Assembly (NCBI RefSeq): GCF_049243625.1
Contig: NZ_CP046975.1
Origin: Corynebacterium amycolatum
Lineage (GTDB): Bacteria > Actinomycetota > Actinomycetes > Mycobacteriales > Mycobacteriaceae
Length of the DNA: 32,000 nt
Direction: 5' to 3' (one strand)
Position 1 is the stretch's first letter, and each line of letters opens with the position of its first letter. The notes beneath the pieces were generated by a model that was given only the letters and a program-made list of their open reading frames with translations, made no database searches and was not told where the DNA came from. Positions 9,227 through 18,674 of the stretch are shown one piece after another. The position numbers and the translations under genes are program-made.

Positions 9227-9661
9227 CTATGCGAGCTCGAAGGAAGATGCAGCCGGGTTAGACAGCGTGTCCTGAACCGGGCAGTGGGATTCGACAAAGT
9301 CGAGGAGTGCAACTAGTTCTTCCCTCGTGTTGTCGGCATCAATGTGGAAGCGGGTGTGGATCTCGGAGAAACCAATCTTTGCCTCCGGGGTCTTCCCCAT
9401 GAATCCGTCTGGGTCGAGCACACCAGAGCATTCAACCTTGACATCGTTGAGCTTGATGCCCTGGGCAGCGGCGAATGAGCGGACGACGATGCACTTGCAG
9501 GCGCCGAGGGCTCCGAGCAGCGCCTCGACCGGGTTCATGCCCTTGTTGGTTCCCCCGAGGTCAGTCGGCTCGTCCAGGGTGAAGCTCATGTCGCGAGAGG
9601 TCACCGTGGTTTCGAGGTTGGTAGGGGCGTGCGCAACGGTCGTGAAAGTTGTCTTCGGCAT
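9227..9661 (-). CDS. OsmC/Ohr family peroxiredoxin-like protein
   Basis: 144 aa with the two OsmC-family cysteine motifs (GALGACKCIVV and SHCPVQDTL) and typical size. Confidence 0.85.
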   Translation of the reverse strand: MPKTTFTTVAHAPTNLETTVTSRDMSFTLDEPTDLGGTNKGMNPVEALLGALGACKCIVVRSFAAAQGIKLNDVKVECSGVLDPDGFMGKTPEAKIGFSEIHTRFHIDADNTREELVALLDFVESHCPVQDTLSNPAASSFELA

Positions 9662-9826
9662 GAGTTTCCTTCCTGTAGAAATTGTGCTGTCCGCATGTGC
9701 TGGCCGCAGGTTGGTGTGCTGGAACCGAAGCGATGGAAATCAACAACCAACAGTGTGGGAGGCGGGGTCCACGGCCAGCCCAACGGGCTGCAAATGTGAA
9801 ACTGTGTAAGTTTATAGCACTTTCAA

Positions 9827-9917
9827 GCCATTTTTCAGGCCATTTTTGTCATAAACGCAGTCAGTAACTCGCATCGGCCCGCCGTCGCCAAACATAAACG
9901 CAGTCAGTAACTCGCAT
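9827..9917. repeat. Direct-repeat cluster: GCCATTTTT x2 (period 12) followed by a perfect 25-bp direct repeat x2 (period 43)
   Basis: GCCATTTTT at 9827-9835 and 9839-9847. CATAAACGCAGTCAGTAACTCGCAT at 9850-9874 and 9893-9917, with both copies identical. Confidence 0.9.
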
Positions 9918-9922
9918 TGGGA

Positions 9923-9990
9923 TTAAATAAGAAAAACCGCCTCCCGCCACATTCCGAATTGAAAATCGGAAAATAGCAGAAAGCGGTTAA
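9923..9990 (-). terminator. Putative compound terminator downstream of rpsT
   Basis: On the - strand, AACCGC (9988-9983) pairs with GCGGTT (9940-9935) around an inner hairpin TTCCGA/TCGGAA (9971-9952), followed by TTTTTCTTATTT. It lies about 100 nt after the rpsT stop. Confidence 0.35.
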
Positions 9991-10091
9991 CTTTCACGGT
10001 GCAAGCGCGGCGTAAAAGCAGTGCTCGCACGACGCAAGCGCAGCGCTGAAACAGCCGCTGCAACAGCACAGCTCACAGCGCCAAAAGGGAA

Positions 10092-10358
10092 TTAGCCCTC
10101 CAGCTTGTTGAAAGCCTTAGCCATACCGGACTTCTTGTTAGCCGCAGTGTTGCGGTGGAAGACGCCCTTGGTGACAGCCTTGTCCAGCTTGCGGGATGCA
10201 ACGCGCAGCTGAGCCTCAGCAGCAGCCTTGTCGCCAGCCTCAACAGCAGCCTTGAACTTGCGGATCTCAGTGCGGACTGCAGAGCGGATTGCCTGGTTAC
10301 GCAGGCGAGCCTTCTCGTTGGTCTTGTTGCGCTTGATCTGGGACTTGATATTTGCCAT
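10092..10358 (-). CDS. rpsT: 30S ribosomal protein S20
   Basis: [35 protein letters not shown]... is an unmistakable bS20 sequence of 88 aa. Confidence 0.95.
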   Translation of the reverse strand: MANIKSQIKRNKTNEKARLRNQAIRSAVRTEIRKFKAAVEAGDKAAAEAQLRVASRKLDKAVTKGVFHRNTAANKKSGMAKAFNKLEG

Positions 10359-10614
10359 CGTGAATACCTCTTGTATCCGTAGTAGTTGGAATTGTTACCG
10401 CCCGCCACCAAGAAAAGTCCTGATCACAGTGCATATCATGCTGTACAATCATCGCCGGTCAAACTAATCAACCAGCGAGATCACACCGCGCACTGCGCTT
10501 GTACGACGATGAAAACGCGAACCCAAGGTCCTGCCCGCGCTCGCCGTAAAGGAACACAACGGTAAACAACTTGCAGAATCTTAGCAAACAGCGCTGCCTA
10601 ATACCAGCCACTGC

Positions 10615-11229
10615 CTAATTCCAGCCGTAGTCCCCGCGCAGTCGGGCGGCGATGAGCTCGAAGCGCCTGCGGGGCATCATCGCACCTGCGCGGCGAATGC
10701 CTGATTCCGGGATGAGCAAGATGCGGTCCATGCGAACCCAGGATGGCTTGGGGTCTTCATTCCAGAACCCGCTGCCGATAAACTGCCACTCCGGTTGCTC
10801 GCTGTGCTCGGTGCGAGTGGAAATCAGCATGCCCAGAAGGTACTGGTCATGGCGGCCAACCACGACAACTGCGCGCTCCCGCAAGGCGGCGTCTTCGCCT
10901 TCGAGTTGCAATGGAATCCACACCACTTCGCCGGGGTCGGCTTGGCCATCCATGTCGGGGCTGTACACGATCGTGCGGGCTAGTTCCGCGGTTGGACGCG
11001 CGATGGTCACCGGGTCTCGCAGGCGAAGTAGGGCCTCCTTGGACTCGTCGGAAAGCGAGGTGTCCTGAGCGAGCCCAAGTTGCGTGTTGAGCTTAAACAG
11101 CGCCTCATCGAGTGTGTCGGGGCCGCGGAACCACTCGGTACCGGCGAAAAGACGCGCGCTGATGCGATTACGCAGGCGGCGTGGCCAGCTTTCGCGTTCA
11201 TTTTGATCGGTGGACGAAGTGGAGCTCAT
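10615..11229 (-). CDS. Conserved actinobacterial hypothetical protein with a PemK/MazF-like (SH3-fold) core region
   Basis: 204-aa ORF divergent from lepA. The segment DPGEVVWIPLQLEGEDAALRERAVVVVGRHDQYLLGMLISTR resembles the PemK-like 'GE[IV]VW...RP[VA]VVVGR' pattern seen in actinobacterial proteins of about 200 aa. The assignment comes from memory of the pattern only. Confidence 0.55.
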   Translation of the reverse strand: MSSTSSTDQNERESWPRRLRNRISARLFAGTEWFRGPDTLDEALFKLNTQLGLAQDTSLSDESKEALLRLRDPVTIARPTAELARTIVYSPDMDGQADPGEVVWIPLQLEGEDAALRERAVVVVGRHDQYLLGMLISTRTEHSEQPEWQFIGSGFWNEDPKPSWVRMDRILLIPESGIRRAGAMMPRRRFELIAARLRGDYGWN

Positions 11230-11391
11230 GAAATCTAAGTCTAGAGGTTTAGTGCGGAGGGAATCGATAGGTAAGATTGTGCGTGATTGTATTTAAGCCC
11301 GGCTGGTCGGTTTTCGAGGCCGGCGCATATGGGTCGGCCAACGCCGCGCCCCAATGCCCATAACGTCTTTATTTTTCGGAGTAGACCCAAC

Positions 11392-13239
11392 GTGACCAAG
11401 AATTTTGCGGAGCAGACTTTTACGGACCCTTCACGGATTCGAAATTTCTGCATCATTGCGCACATTGACCACGGTAAGTCCACCCTGGCGGACCGAATTC
11501 TGCAGCTCTCGGGTGTTGTCGAGGCGCGCGACATGCGCGATCAGTACCTCGACAACATGGATATTGAGCGCGAACGAGGCATTACCATTAAGGCTCAGAA
11601 CGTGCGCCTGCCGTGGGTTCCGCGCACAGGTAAGCACGCAGGCGAAGAAATCGTCCTGCACCTGATTGATACGCCGGGTCACGTTGACTTCACCTACGAA
11701 GTCTCGCGTGCGCTGGAGGCGTGTGAAGGCGCAATTCTGCTGGTCGACGCTGCTCAAGGCATCGAAGCGCAGACACTGGCCAACCTGTACCTGGCCATGG
11801 AAAATGACCTGGAAATCATCCCGGTACTGAACAAGATTGACCTTCCAGCCGCGGATCCGGATAAATACGCGGAGGAAATTGCGCACATCATCGGCTGTGA
11901 ACCGGAAGATGTCATGCGTGTTTCGGGCAAGACAGGTGAGGGCGTTGAGGAAATGCTCGACCGTGTCTGTGAGCTCATTCCAGCGCCGGTCGGCGACCCG
12001 GAGGCACCTGCCCGTGCGCTGATTTTTGACTCGGTCTACGACACCTACCGCGGTGTGGTCACCTACATCCGTGTTGTTGATGGTCAGCTCAAGCCGCGTG
12101 AAGTCATTCAGATGATGTCCACCGGCACCAAACACGAGCTGTTGGAAATCGGCGTCGTCTCACCGCAGCCGAAGAAGTGTAAGGGTCTTGGCGTCGGCGA
12201 GGTCGGTTACCTCATCACTGGTGTGAAGGACGTTCGTCAGTCCAAGGTTGGTGATACCGTCACGCTGAACGCCACGCCGGCGGAGGAGCCGCTGGAAGGC
12301 TACGAAGAGCCAAAGCCGATGGTCTACTCCGGCCTGTTCCCGATCTCTCAGGCTGACTATCCCGACCTGCGTGATGCGTTGGAAAAGCTTCAGCTTAACG
12401 ACGCTTCGTTGACATTCGAACCGGAGACCTCGGTGGCCCTTGGTTTTGGTTTCCGCGGTGGCTTCCTGGGCTTGCTGCACATGGAGATTACCCGCGCCCG
12501 CCTAGAGCGCGAGTTTGACCTGGATCTGATTTCGACGGCCCCGAACGTTGTCTACCGAGTTGTCACCGAGGACGGCTCTGAGGTCACCGTTCACAACCCG
12601 AGTGACTGGCCGGAGGGCAAGCTCCGCGAAATTTACGAGCCGATGGTCAAGTGCACCATCGTTGTGCCGAGTGAATTCGTTGGCCCCACCATGGAGCTGT
12701 GCCAGCAGAAGCGCGGCGAAATGGGCGGTATGGACTACCTGTCCGAGGATCGCGTGGAGCTGCGTTACAAGATGCCACTGGGTGAGATCATCTTCGACTT
12801 CTTCGACATGCTGAAGTCCCGCACTAGGGGTTATGCTTCGCTGAACTACGAAGACGCCGGCGAGCAGATTGCGGACCTGGTCAAGGTGGACATTCTCCTG
12901 CAGGGCGAGGCTGTCGATGCGTTCTCCGCGATCGTCCACCGCGACAACGCCCAGTGGTACGGCAACAAGATGACCAAGAAGCTGCGCGAGCTAATCCCCC
13001 GCCAGCAGTTCGAGGTCCCGGTTCAGGCGGCAATCGGTTCGAAGATTATCGCCCGCGAGAACATCCGTGCACTGCGCAAGGACGTTCTTGCCAAGTGTTA
13101 CGGCGGCGACATTTCCCGTAAGCGCAAGTTGCTGGAGAAGCAGAAGGCCGGTAAGAAGCGTATGAAGAACATCGGTTCGGTCTCGGTGCCTCAGGAAGCA
13201 TTCGTGGCTGCGCTGTCGACCGACGAGGGCGGTAAGTAG
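11392..13239 (+). CDS. lepA: Translation elongation factor 4 (LepA)
   Basis: GTPase motifs [15 protein letters not shown] (G1), DTPGHVDF (G3) and NKIDL (G4), plus a LepA-specific C-terminal domain. The ORF opens at 11287, but GTG 11392 ([19 protein letters not shown]) gives the canonical length of about 615 aa. Confidence 0.95.
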   Translation: MTKNFAEQTFTDPSRIRNFCIIAHIDHGKSTLADRILQLSGVVEARDMRDQYLDNMDIERERGITIKAQNVRLPWVPRTGKHAGEEIVLHLIDTPGHVDFTYEVSRALEACEGAILLVDAAQGIEAQTLANLYLAMENDLEIIPVLNKIDLPAADPDKYAEEIAHIIGCEPEDVMRVSGKTGEGVEEMLDRVCELIPAPVGDPEAPARALIFDSVYDTYRGVVTYIRVVDGQLKPREVIQMMSTGTKHELLEIGVVSPQPKKCKGLGVGEVGYLITGVKDVRQSKVGDTVTLNATPAEEPLEGYEEPKPMVYSGLFPISQADYPDLRDALEKLQLNDASLTFEPETSVALGFGFRGGFLGLLHMEITRARLEREFDLDLISTAPNVVYRVVTEDGSEVTVHNPSDWPEGKLREIYEPMVKCTIVVPSEFVGPTMELCQQKRGEMGGMDYLSEDRVELRYKMPLGEIIFDFFDMLKSRTRGYASLNYEDAGEQIADLVKVDILLQGEAVDAFSAIVHRDNAQWYGNKMTKKLRELIPRQQFEVPVQAAIGSKIIARENIRALRKDVLAKCYGGDISRKRKLLEKQKAGKKRMKNIGSVSVPQEAFVAALSTDEGGK

Positions 13240-13251
13240 AGGGGAAACTGC

Positions 13252-14268
13252 ATGCCACGGAAGCGGAAGAAACTGGTCGAGGACTTCGAAGAGCTGCTCG
13301 AAGCCGGTGACATGGATGCGCTGAAGGCCGTCTATGACGCTTGCGCACTCAACGCAGTTTTCGGATACAGCAAGGACACTGCACTAGCGCTCCGTGGCAC
13401 CCCGCCGGAGCTCATGCGCTGGCTAATCGACCAGGGAATCGACGTCAACACCGAGAACCGCTTCGGTAAAACCGCCCTGGCAGAGCACGCAAGCCGGGGC
13501 GATACCGACAAGATGAAAGTCCTGCTCGAATGCGGTGCTGACATCGAAGCTGGCAAACACTGGCCTCTATTCCAGGCAGCGAAGAGCCATCAGCCCAAGG
13601 CCATTGCGTTGCTGTTGGAAAATGGCGCTGACCTTCACCGCGAGAACCGCCTCGGTCACGGCCGGACAGCGTTCAAAGAGGCCGTCGCTACCGCCGATAT
13701 CGATTCCCTCAGTCGAGTCCTAGCGAGTATCGAGGTGCTCCTGGACGCGGGTTCGGAAATCGACGACGAAGCTCGCGAAGAGTTCACTAAGTTCGGTCGC
13801 CGCTACAACCGCCTGTCAGACAAGCAGCGCGACAAGTACCAGCCAGTCATGGATCGACTATATGAGCGCATCGGTGCTGACCGCCCGCAGGAAATCACGC
13901 CTCACGACGGCCACAGCGACATTATTGTCCCCGCAGACAAGTCGATCAACGGCCAGTTCCGATACCTCTGGAACTACCTGGTGCCGGGTGGTGGCCCAGC
14001 CGCGACTGTGCAGGGCGAAGTTATCCGCATCGTGGGCCGGCTCGGGTACGAAGCGCTGGAGATGGGCTACGTCAACTGGGACGAAGACTATGCCAAGATG
14101 ATCGACTTCTGGCTGGAGACGGTTGGGGCCGCCGAGGATGCCATGGCCGTCGTAAAGCAGCGCAAAGCTGGTGAGGCGGACATTGATGCGCTGACGGAGG
14201 CGACAATCGAGTGGGTTACAGAGCACCCGCAGCCGATTGCGTTGGGCGAGGTCCCGTACCGGCGCTAA
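13252..14268 (+). CDS. Ankyrin-repeat protein with an unassigned C-terminal domain of about 120 aa
   Basis: At least 3 ANK-like repeats (e.g. FGKTALAEHASRGDTDKMKVLLECGADIE and WPLFQAAKSHQPKAIALLLENGADLH). The ATG lies 12 nt after the lepA stop with GAGGGGA as RBS. The N-terminus is MPRKRKKL. Confidence 0.8.
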   Translation: MPRKRKKLVEDFEELLEAGDMDALKAVYDACALNAVFGYSKDTALALRGTPPELMRWLIDQGIDVNTENRFGKTALAEHASRGDTDKMKVLLECGADIEAGKHWPLFQAAKSHQPKAIALLLENGADLHRENRLGHGRTAFKEAVATADIDSLSRVLASIEVLLDAGSEIDDEAREEFTKFGRRYNRLSDKQRDKYQPVMDRLYERIGADRPQEITPHDGHSDIIVPADKSINGQFRYLWNYLVPGGGPAATVQGEVIRIVGRLGYEALEMGYVNWDEDYAKMIDFWLETVGAAEDAMAVVKQRKAGEADIDALTEATIEWVTEHPQPIALGEVPYRR

Positions 14269-14359
14269 CTCCCAAGAAGCTAACCCCGGTTTGGTGTTAA
14301 AAATCTGTTAATGGTTAGCCACTGCATCAATCGGTAGTGTCAGCCGATATCTTTGATGG

Positions 14360-15943
14360 GTGGAATCCGTATACCTAACAGCAATACTGTTTTCGATTAT
14401 CGGCGGACTCGGTGCGTCGTTGCTTCGGCTGCCGCCGCTGATTGGTTTCCTTGGGGCCGGTTTTGCCGTTCATGCAATGGGGCTTGAGGAAATCCCGTTC
14501 ATTGATTCGCTGGCCGAGCTTGGTGTTACCACCTTGCTGTTCACAATCGGTCTGAAGCTAAATCCGAAGGATATCGTGGCGCCACGAGTGGTCTTTTCGG
14601 GGCTTGGCCACGCGTTTTTAAACACGGTAGTTTTTGCCGTGCTGTTCGGTGTCGCCAGTTTCTTGCCGCTGCGTGAGCTCACGGGACTGTCGGTGACCGC
14701 GCTAATTTACATCGGCATCGCGACTTCATTTTCGTCGACGGTGTTTGTGATGAGCCACTTGGAGGAGCAGAACCGCGGTGCTTCGGCCATCGGACGTATC
14801 GCGATTGGTGTACTCATTCTGCAGGACATCATTGCGGTCGGCGTGCTGGTGGCATCGTCGGGTAAGACCCCGGAGCTGTGGGCGCTGGCGCTGCCACTAT
14901 TGTTCTTCATTCGCCCGCTGGCGGCGCGGCTTCCCAACCGCATGTTCCGCACTGAGCTGCTGGTTCTCACCGGTATTGGTATTGCAGTGGCTTCTTACTC
15001 GGCTTTCGAACTGGCAGGGCTCTCTGGCTCGCTGGGGTCCCTGGTCGCCGGTATTCTGCTGTCTTCGCACCCAATTTCTGACCGTCTGTCGGAAGCACTG
15101 ATTAGTATTCGTGAGCTACTGCTGGTCGCGTTCTTTATCGAGATTGGTCTCGGTGGTCTGCCAAGCGCGGGCGGCTACGTCATCGCTGCGATTATGGTGC
15201 TGTTCCTGGTGTTCAAGGCCACTATCTTCATCTGGATTCTCAAGCGCATGGGACTGTCGCTGCGCACGAGTGCGCTGGCGGGGCTGACGTTGAGTAACTA
15301 CTCGGAGTTCGGCCTAATTGTGATGGCGGCGGCGACGCAACAGGACATTCTGCCGGAAGAATGGACCTCGATTATGGCAGTCGCCGTGGCGGGTAGCTTC
15401 ATTGCCAGCTCGCTGATGGCCCCGCACGAAGACAAGATTGTCAGCTTCCTGCAGAAGTTCGTCCCAGAAACCCCAGAGGACCGCCTGGTGCCAGAAGAGG
15501 CAAAGGTCATTATTGATAACGCTGATGCTCTCATCATGGGTATGGGGCGAGTCGGCGTTGGTGTCTACGGCAGGTTGGTCAACGAGTACGGCATGAACGT
15601 CTTCGGTGTTGATTTCGACGAGGATCGCATCGAAGAGCTGCGCGAGCAGGGCTACCAGGTCATCCCAGGCGATGTGACAGACCCAGAGCTCTGGCACCAC
15701 ATCGAGTTGGAGAAGAAACCAGCGCTGTACGTGTTGGCGCTGTCTGAGCACGCTGAGACCTACGCGATGATTCAGAACATCCGTAAGCAGGACACCGAAG
15801 CCGTGGTTGCTACCACCACTAAGGTGCAGAGGTTTAAGGATCAGCTTCTCAACGTTGGTGCTGACATGGCCGTCTACCTCTACGACGGTGCTGGCGAGGA
15901 GCTCGCCGACCGTGCAGTGGAGACGCTTAAGCAGCGGTCTTAG
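14360..15943 (+). CDS. Kef-type cation:proton antiporter (CPA2) with a C-terminal RCK/TrkA-N domain
   Basis: About 12 TM helices followed by a Rossmann-type motif ALIMGMGRVGVGVYGRL (GxGxxG). GTG start. Size and architecture match KefB/KefC/YbaL-type transporters. Confidence 0.85.
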   Translation: MESVYLTAILFSIIGGLGASLLRLPPLIGFLGAGFAVHAMGLEEIPFIDSLAELGVTTLLFTIGLKLNPKDIVAPRVVFSGLGHAFLNTVVFAVLFGVASFLPLRELTGLSVTALIYIGIATSFSSTVFVMSHLEEQNRGASAIGRIAIGVLILQDIIAVGVLVASSGKTPELWALALPLLFFIRPLAARLPNRMFRTELLVLTGIGIAVASYSAFELAGLSGSLGSLVAGILLSSHPISDRLSEALISIRELLLVAFFIEIGLGGLPSAGGYVIAAIMVLFLVFKATIFIWILKRMGLSLRTSALAGLTLSNYSEFGLIVMAAATQQDILPEEWTSIMAVAVAGSFIASSLMAPHEDKIVSFLQKFVPETPEDRLVPEEAKVIIDNADALIMGMGRVGVGVYGRLVNEYGMNVFGVDFDEDRIEELREQGYQVIPGDVTDPELWHHIELEKKPALYVLALSEHAETYAMIQNIRKQDTEAVVATTTKVQRFKDQLLNVGADMAVYLYDGAGEELADRAVETLKQRS

Positions 15944-16005
15944 TCGCATCCGTTAAATACGGCAAACAACAAGCCAGCCGATTCGTTCGGCGATAAGCTG
16001 ATTTC

Positions 16006-17007
16006 ATGTCAGTCACCCAAAACCAGATGCCCGCGAGTCCTATTCGATCCAGTCGCAGTGCGATGTTTCGGATGACCGCGGGCCTTGCTGTTGTCATGCT
16101 CGGAACTCTCGTCGGCTGCTCATCTTCAGATTCCGAAGATGCCGCCGCATCACAAAGCAACAATGATCAGAGTGAGGTGCAGTCGCAATCGACGTCGGCA
16201 AGCGAGGGCGATAATCCGAAGATGCCGTCGCCGACGAAGGGGACAAGCGCCGACAGCATCGGATTTGATGAAAGCGCCTACCAGAAAATTGACGTTCAGC
16301 GGTTTAGCCAGAACGGAATCAAGGCGTTCTACGTCACGCTAGACGGGAAAAAGAGCGAGTGTTTCTACTCAGACGGCGCGGTGACGTGCATCGGTAAGGC
16401 TGATTCGTCGATTCCCGACGTGGAGGTTCCGCCGTTCCCACCACAGTCGCCGGGCGCAATCATGCTGAATACTTCAGGTGCCGCGTACACGCTCGTCGAA
16501 GGGGTACCGCCGGCTCAGGAAGAGCTTGACGACGGCCAATGGACGAGCTTCGGCACCGCTGCGTGTGCGAAGACGGATGCGAACAAGCTGGTGTGCCAGT
16601 CGGATAACGCGGCCTTTGCCATCGAAGGCAAGGACAAGAATATTCGCACCTCCGGCAAGGTTTTCGATTCCGTCGAGGAACTCATGGCCCAGGGGAGTGA
16701 GCCGGCGAGGGGCTACAGTCAGGGCACGGATGCACTTGTTCAGGGGCCGATGATGTGCGGTGCCATGGAGGGCCATCGTCTGGCGGAAGTGGTCAAGGGC
16801 GAGATGACCTGCGCTGAGGCCATGGATGTGTTGGATCGGTACGACGCAATCAAGGACACTGAGGGCGGTGGCAACACCCTGACCGCTCAAGTAGGGGACT
16901 GGACCTGTAGCTCTCCGACGGCGGCGAGGTCAGAAGAGCTGCAGGCTGTAACGGTGTGTGAGGACCCGGAGCGTGGCTTGGAAGTCCGTGACCCCGTGAC
17001 GGGCTAG
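16006..17007 (+). CDS. Cys-rich secreted lipoprotein, function unknown
   Basis: Signal peptide with lipobox (AVVMLGTLVG|CSSS), an S/D/Q-rich linker, then 8 cysteines arranged as four close pairs. The start may be ATG 16063 (MFRMTAG). Confidence 0.7.
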   Translation: MSVTQNQMPASPIRSSRSAMFRMTAGLAVVMLGTLVGCSSSDSEDAAASQSNNDQSEVQSQSTSASEGDNPKMPSPTKGTSADSIGFDESAYQKIDVQRFSQNGIKAFYVTLDGKKSECFYSDGAVTCIGKADSSIPDVEVPPFPPQSPGAIMLNTSGAAYTLVEGVPPAQEELDDGQWTSFGTAACAKTDANKLVCQSDNAAFAIEGKDKNIRTSGKVFDSVEELMAQGSEPARGYSQGTDALVQGPMMCGAMEGHRLAEVVKGEMTCAEAMDVLDRYDAIKDTEGGGNTLTAQVGDWTCSSPTAARSEELQAVTVCEDPERGLEVRDPVTG

Positions 17008-17056
17008 CAGGGCTGCCGTGGCTAACCTCACTTTCAGATAAGCCTAAGCTGGAACT

Positions 17057-17629
17057 ATGACTGATTTATATCTCGTGCGGCACGGCGAAACTGAGTGGTC
17101 GCGCACTGGGCAGCACACGTCGGTAACTGATCTTCCTCTGACTGACAACGGCCGGGAAGAAGCGAAGGCTCTCAACGGCTGGCTGGATCCGAAGGACTTT
17201 GGGCTAGTGCTGGCATCACCCCGCCAGCGCGCCCAGGAGACCGCTCGATTGGCAGGGTTCCACGACTTCGAAGTCGAAGAGGATCTTGCGGAATGGTTCT
17301 ACGGCGACTACGAGGGGATTACCTCGAAGGAAGTGCAGAAGACTGTTCCCGACTGGCAGATTTGGACTCACGGTGTGCCCAATGGCGAAACCGCGGAGGA
17401 AGTCCGTGAACGGGTTGAGCGCGTGGTCAAGAGGGTGCGCGAATCCCGCGAAGACAAGGCGATTTTGTTCGCCCACGGTCACTCGCTGCGTGCACTCACC
17501 ACGGCCTGGCTAGAACTGCCCATTGCACTTGGCCAGTCCTTCCCGTTGAATACCGCATCCCTATCCGTGCTTGGTCGCTACCATGACCGACCTGCGGTTC
17601 TGCGCTGGAACCTCTCGCGGGGATTGTAG
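17057..17629 (+). CDS. Histidine phosphatase family protein (second paralog in the window)
   Basis: LYLVRHGETEWS (RHG motif) and FAHGHSLRAL (distal His); 190 aa. Confidence 0.85.
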   Translation: MTDLYLVRHGETEWSRTGQHTSVTDLPLTDNGREEAKALNGWLDPKDFGLVLASPRQRAQETARLAGFHDFEVEEDLAEWFYGDYEGITSKEVQKTVPDWQIWTHGVPNGETAEEVRERVERVVKRVRESREDKAILFAHGHSLRALTTAWLELPIALGQSFPLNTASLSVLGRYHDRPAVLRWNLSRGL

Positions 17630-17702
17630 CGGCGTTGTACAGGTGTCTCGGTGAATTCGCCGATGCCATTCAAGCCGCCAACGCCGTCAAGCTCTGTAAG
17701 AG

Positions 17703-18674
17703 GTGCCTGTGAATCACAATTCCGATGCTTTCGCCCGCGTAGTCGACCGTGCCCGCGGCGTGCTCTATGGCCAGGTCATCGGCGATAACCTCGGCGCGCT
17801 AGTGGAGTTTTGTAGTGCCGAGGAGATTGCACAGCGCTACCCACACGGTGTCCGTGAACTTGCCGATGGCGGCACCCACAACATCGCCGCCGGCCAGCCC
17901 ACTGATGACTCCGAAATGGCGCTGGCGCTGGCACGCTCACTGGTGCGCTGCGAAGGCTACGATGCCGCCGATGTCCGCGAGTCCTATGTGCGCTGGGCAA
18001 ACTCCGACGCTTTCGACATCGGAGAGGCCACCACGGCAGCGTTGCTCCGGCGCGCGCCGAACCCGAACTCCCAGGCTAACGGCGCGCTCATGCGTATCTC
18101 ACCGCTGGCTATCGCGTACTGGCGCAACCCCGCACGTGCTGGCGAACTCGCCCGCAAGGACGCCGCCATCACGCACCCGCACCCAGTGTGCATAGAGGCC
18201 AATTCACGTTACGCATCCGCGCTTGCCGACGTCATCAGCGGCGGCCTCCACCAGCCGCGCCGCGGCATTGGCGTGAGTGCGCTGATGGAGTGGCTGGCTT
18301 CCCAGCGCGCGCAGTGGGAAACCGAGTGGCAGGCCAGCGGTGCCGTGGTGGATAGCGGGGAGCCGGATTTCTCGGTGCATCAGGGATGGCTGCGCTTTGC
18401 GCTGTGGGCACTGCATGAAGAACTGCGCCGGGTAGAAGACAAAACCACGACCTTTGAGGACTCTCTGGTCCGAGTCATTGGCCGTGGCGGCGACACCGAC
18501 ACTAACGCGGCCATTGTTGGTGCTTTTCTCGGTGGCGTCTTTGGGGCCTCCGGCATTCCGCAGCGGTGGCGGGATGTCATTGATTCCTGCTCGCCGAAGC
18601 GAAACCGGCCCGCGCAGTATCACCCAAACGATGTTGCGGAGTTGGCGGAGAAACTGGTGGGCATGGAGAGCTAA
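17703..18674 (+). CDS. ADP-ribosylglycohydrolase family protein (DraG/ARH-like)
   Basis: N-terminal GQVIGDNLGALVEF, an acidic pair QPTDDSEMALALARSL and the C-terminal metal-binding GGDTDTNAAIVGAFLGG are all canonical ARH motifs. GTG start at 17703 or 17709. Confidence 0.85.
   Translation: MPVNHNSDAFARVVDRARGVLYGQVIGDNLGALVEFCSAEEIAQRYPHGVRELADGGTHNIAAGQPTDDSEMALALARSLVRCEGYDAADVRESYVRWANSDAFDIGEATTAALLRRAPNPNSQANGALMRISPLAIAYWRNPARAGELARKDAAITHPHPVCIEANSRYASALADVISGGLHQPRRGIGVSALMEWLASQRAQWETEWQASGAVVDSGEPDFSVHQGWLRFALWALHEELRRVEDKTTTFEDSLVRVIGRGGDTDTNAAIVGAFLGGVFGASGIPQRWRDVIDSCSPKRNRPAQYHPNDVAELAEKLVGMES

Noticed and set aside
9682-9867. 61-aa ORF on + in the OsmC-rpsT spacer.
   Set aside because: It has no RBS, is Cys/Arg-rich and of odd composition, and it runs through the repeat cluster. 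It is most likely non-coding promoter or terminator DNA.
9850-9917. Possible CRISPR array suggested by the identical 25-bp repeats.
   Set aside because: There are only two copies, separated by 18 bp. That is too short for a spacer, there are no further repeats, and no cas genes are in the window.
10615-11229. PemK/MazF-like gene as a type II toxin-antitoxin module.
   Set aside because: No small partner ORF lies upstream or downstream. The protein is about twice the size of MazF toxins, and the gene appears to occupy a conserved position divergent from lepA. I treat it as a conserved hypothetical, not a TA system.
14269-14359. Possible c-di-AMP (ydaO-type) or other riboswitch ahead of the Kef-type K+ transporter.
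   Set aside because: The spacer is only 91 nt and shows no extended conserved-looking pseudo-symmetric helices. It is too short for that riboswitch class.
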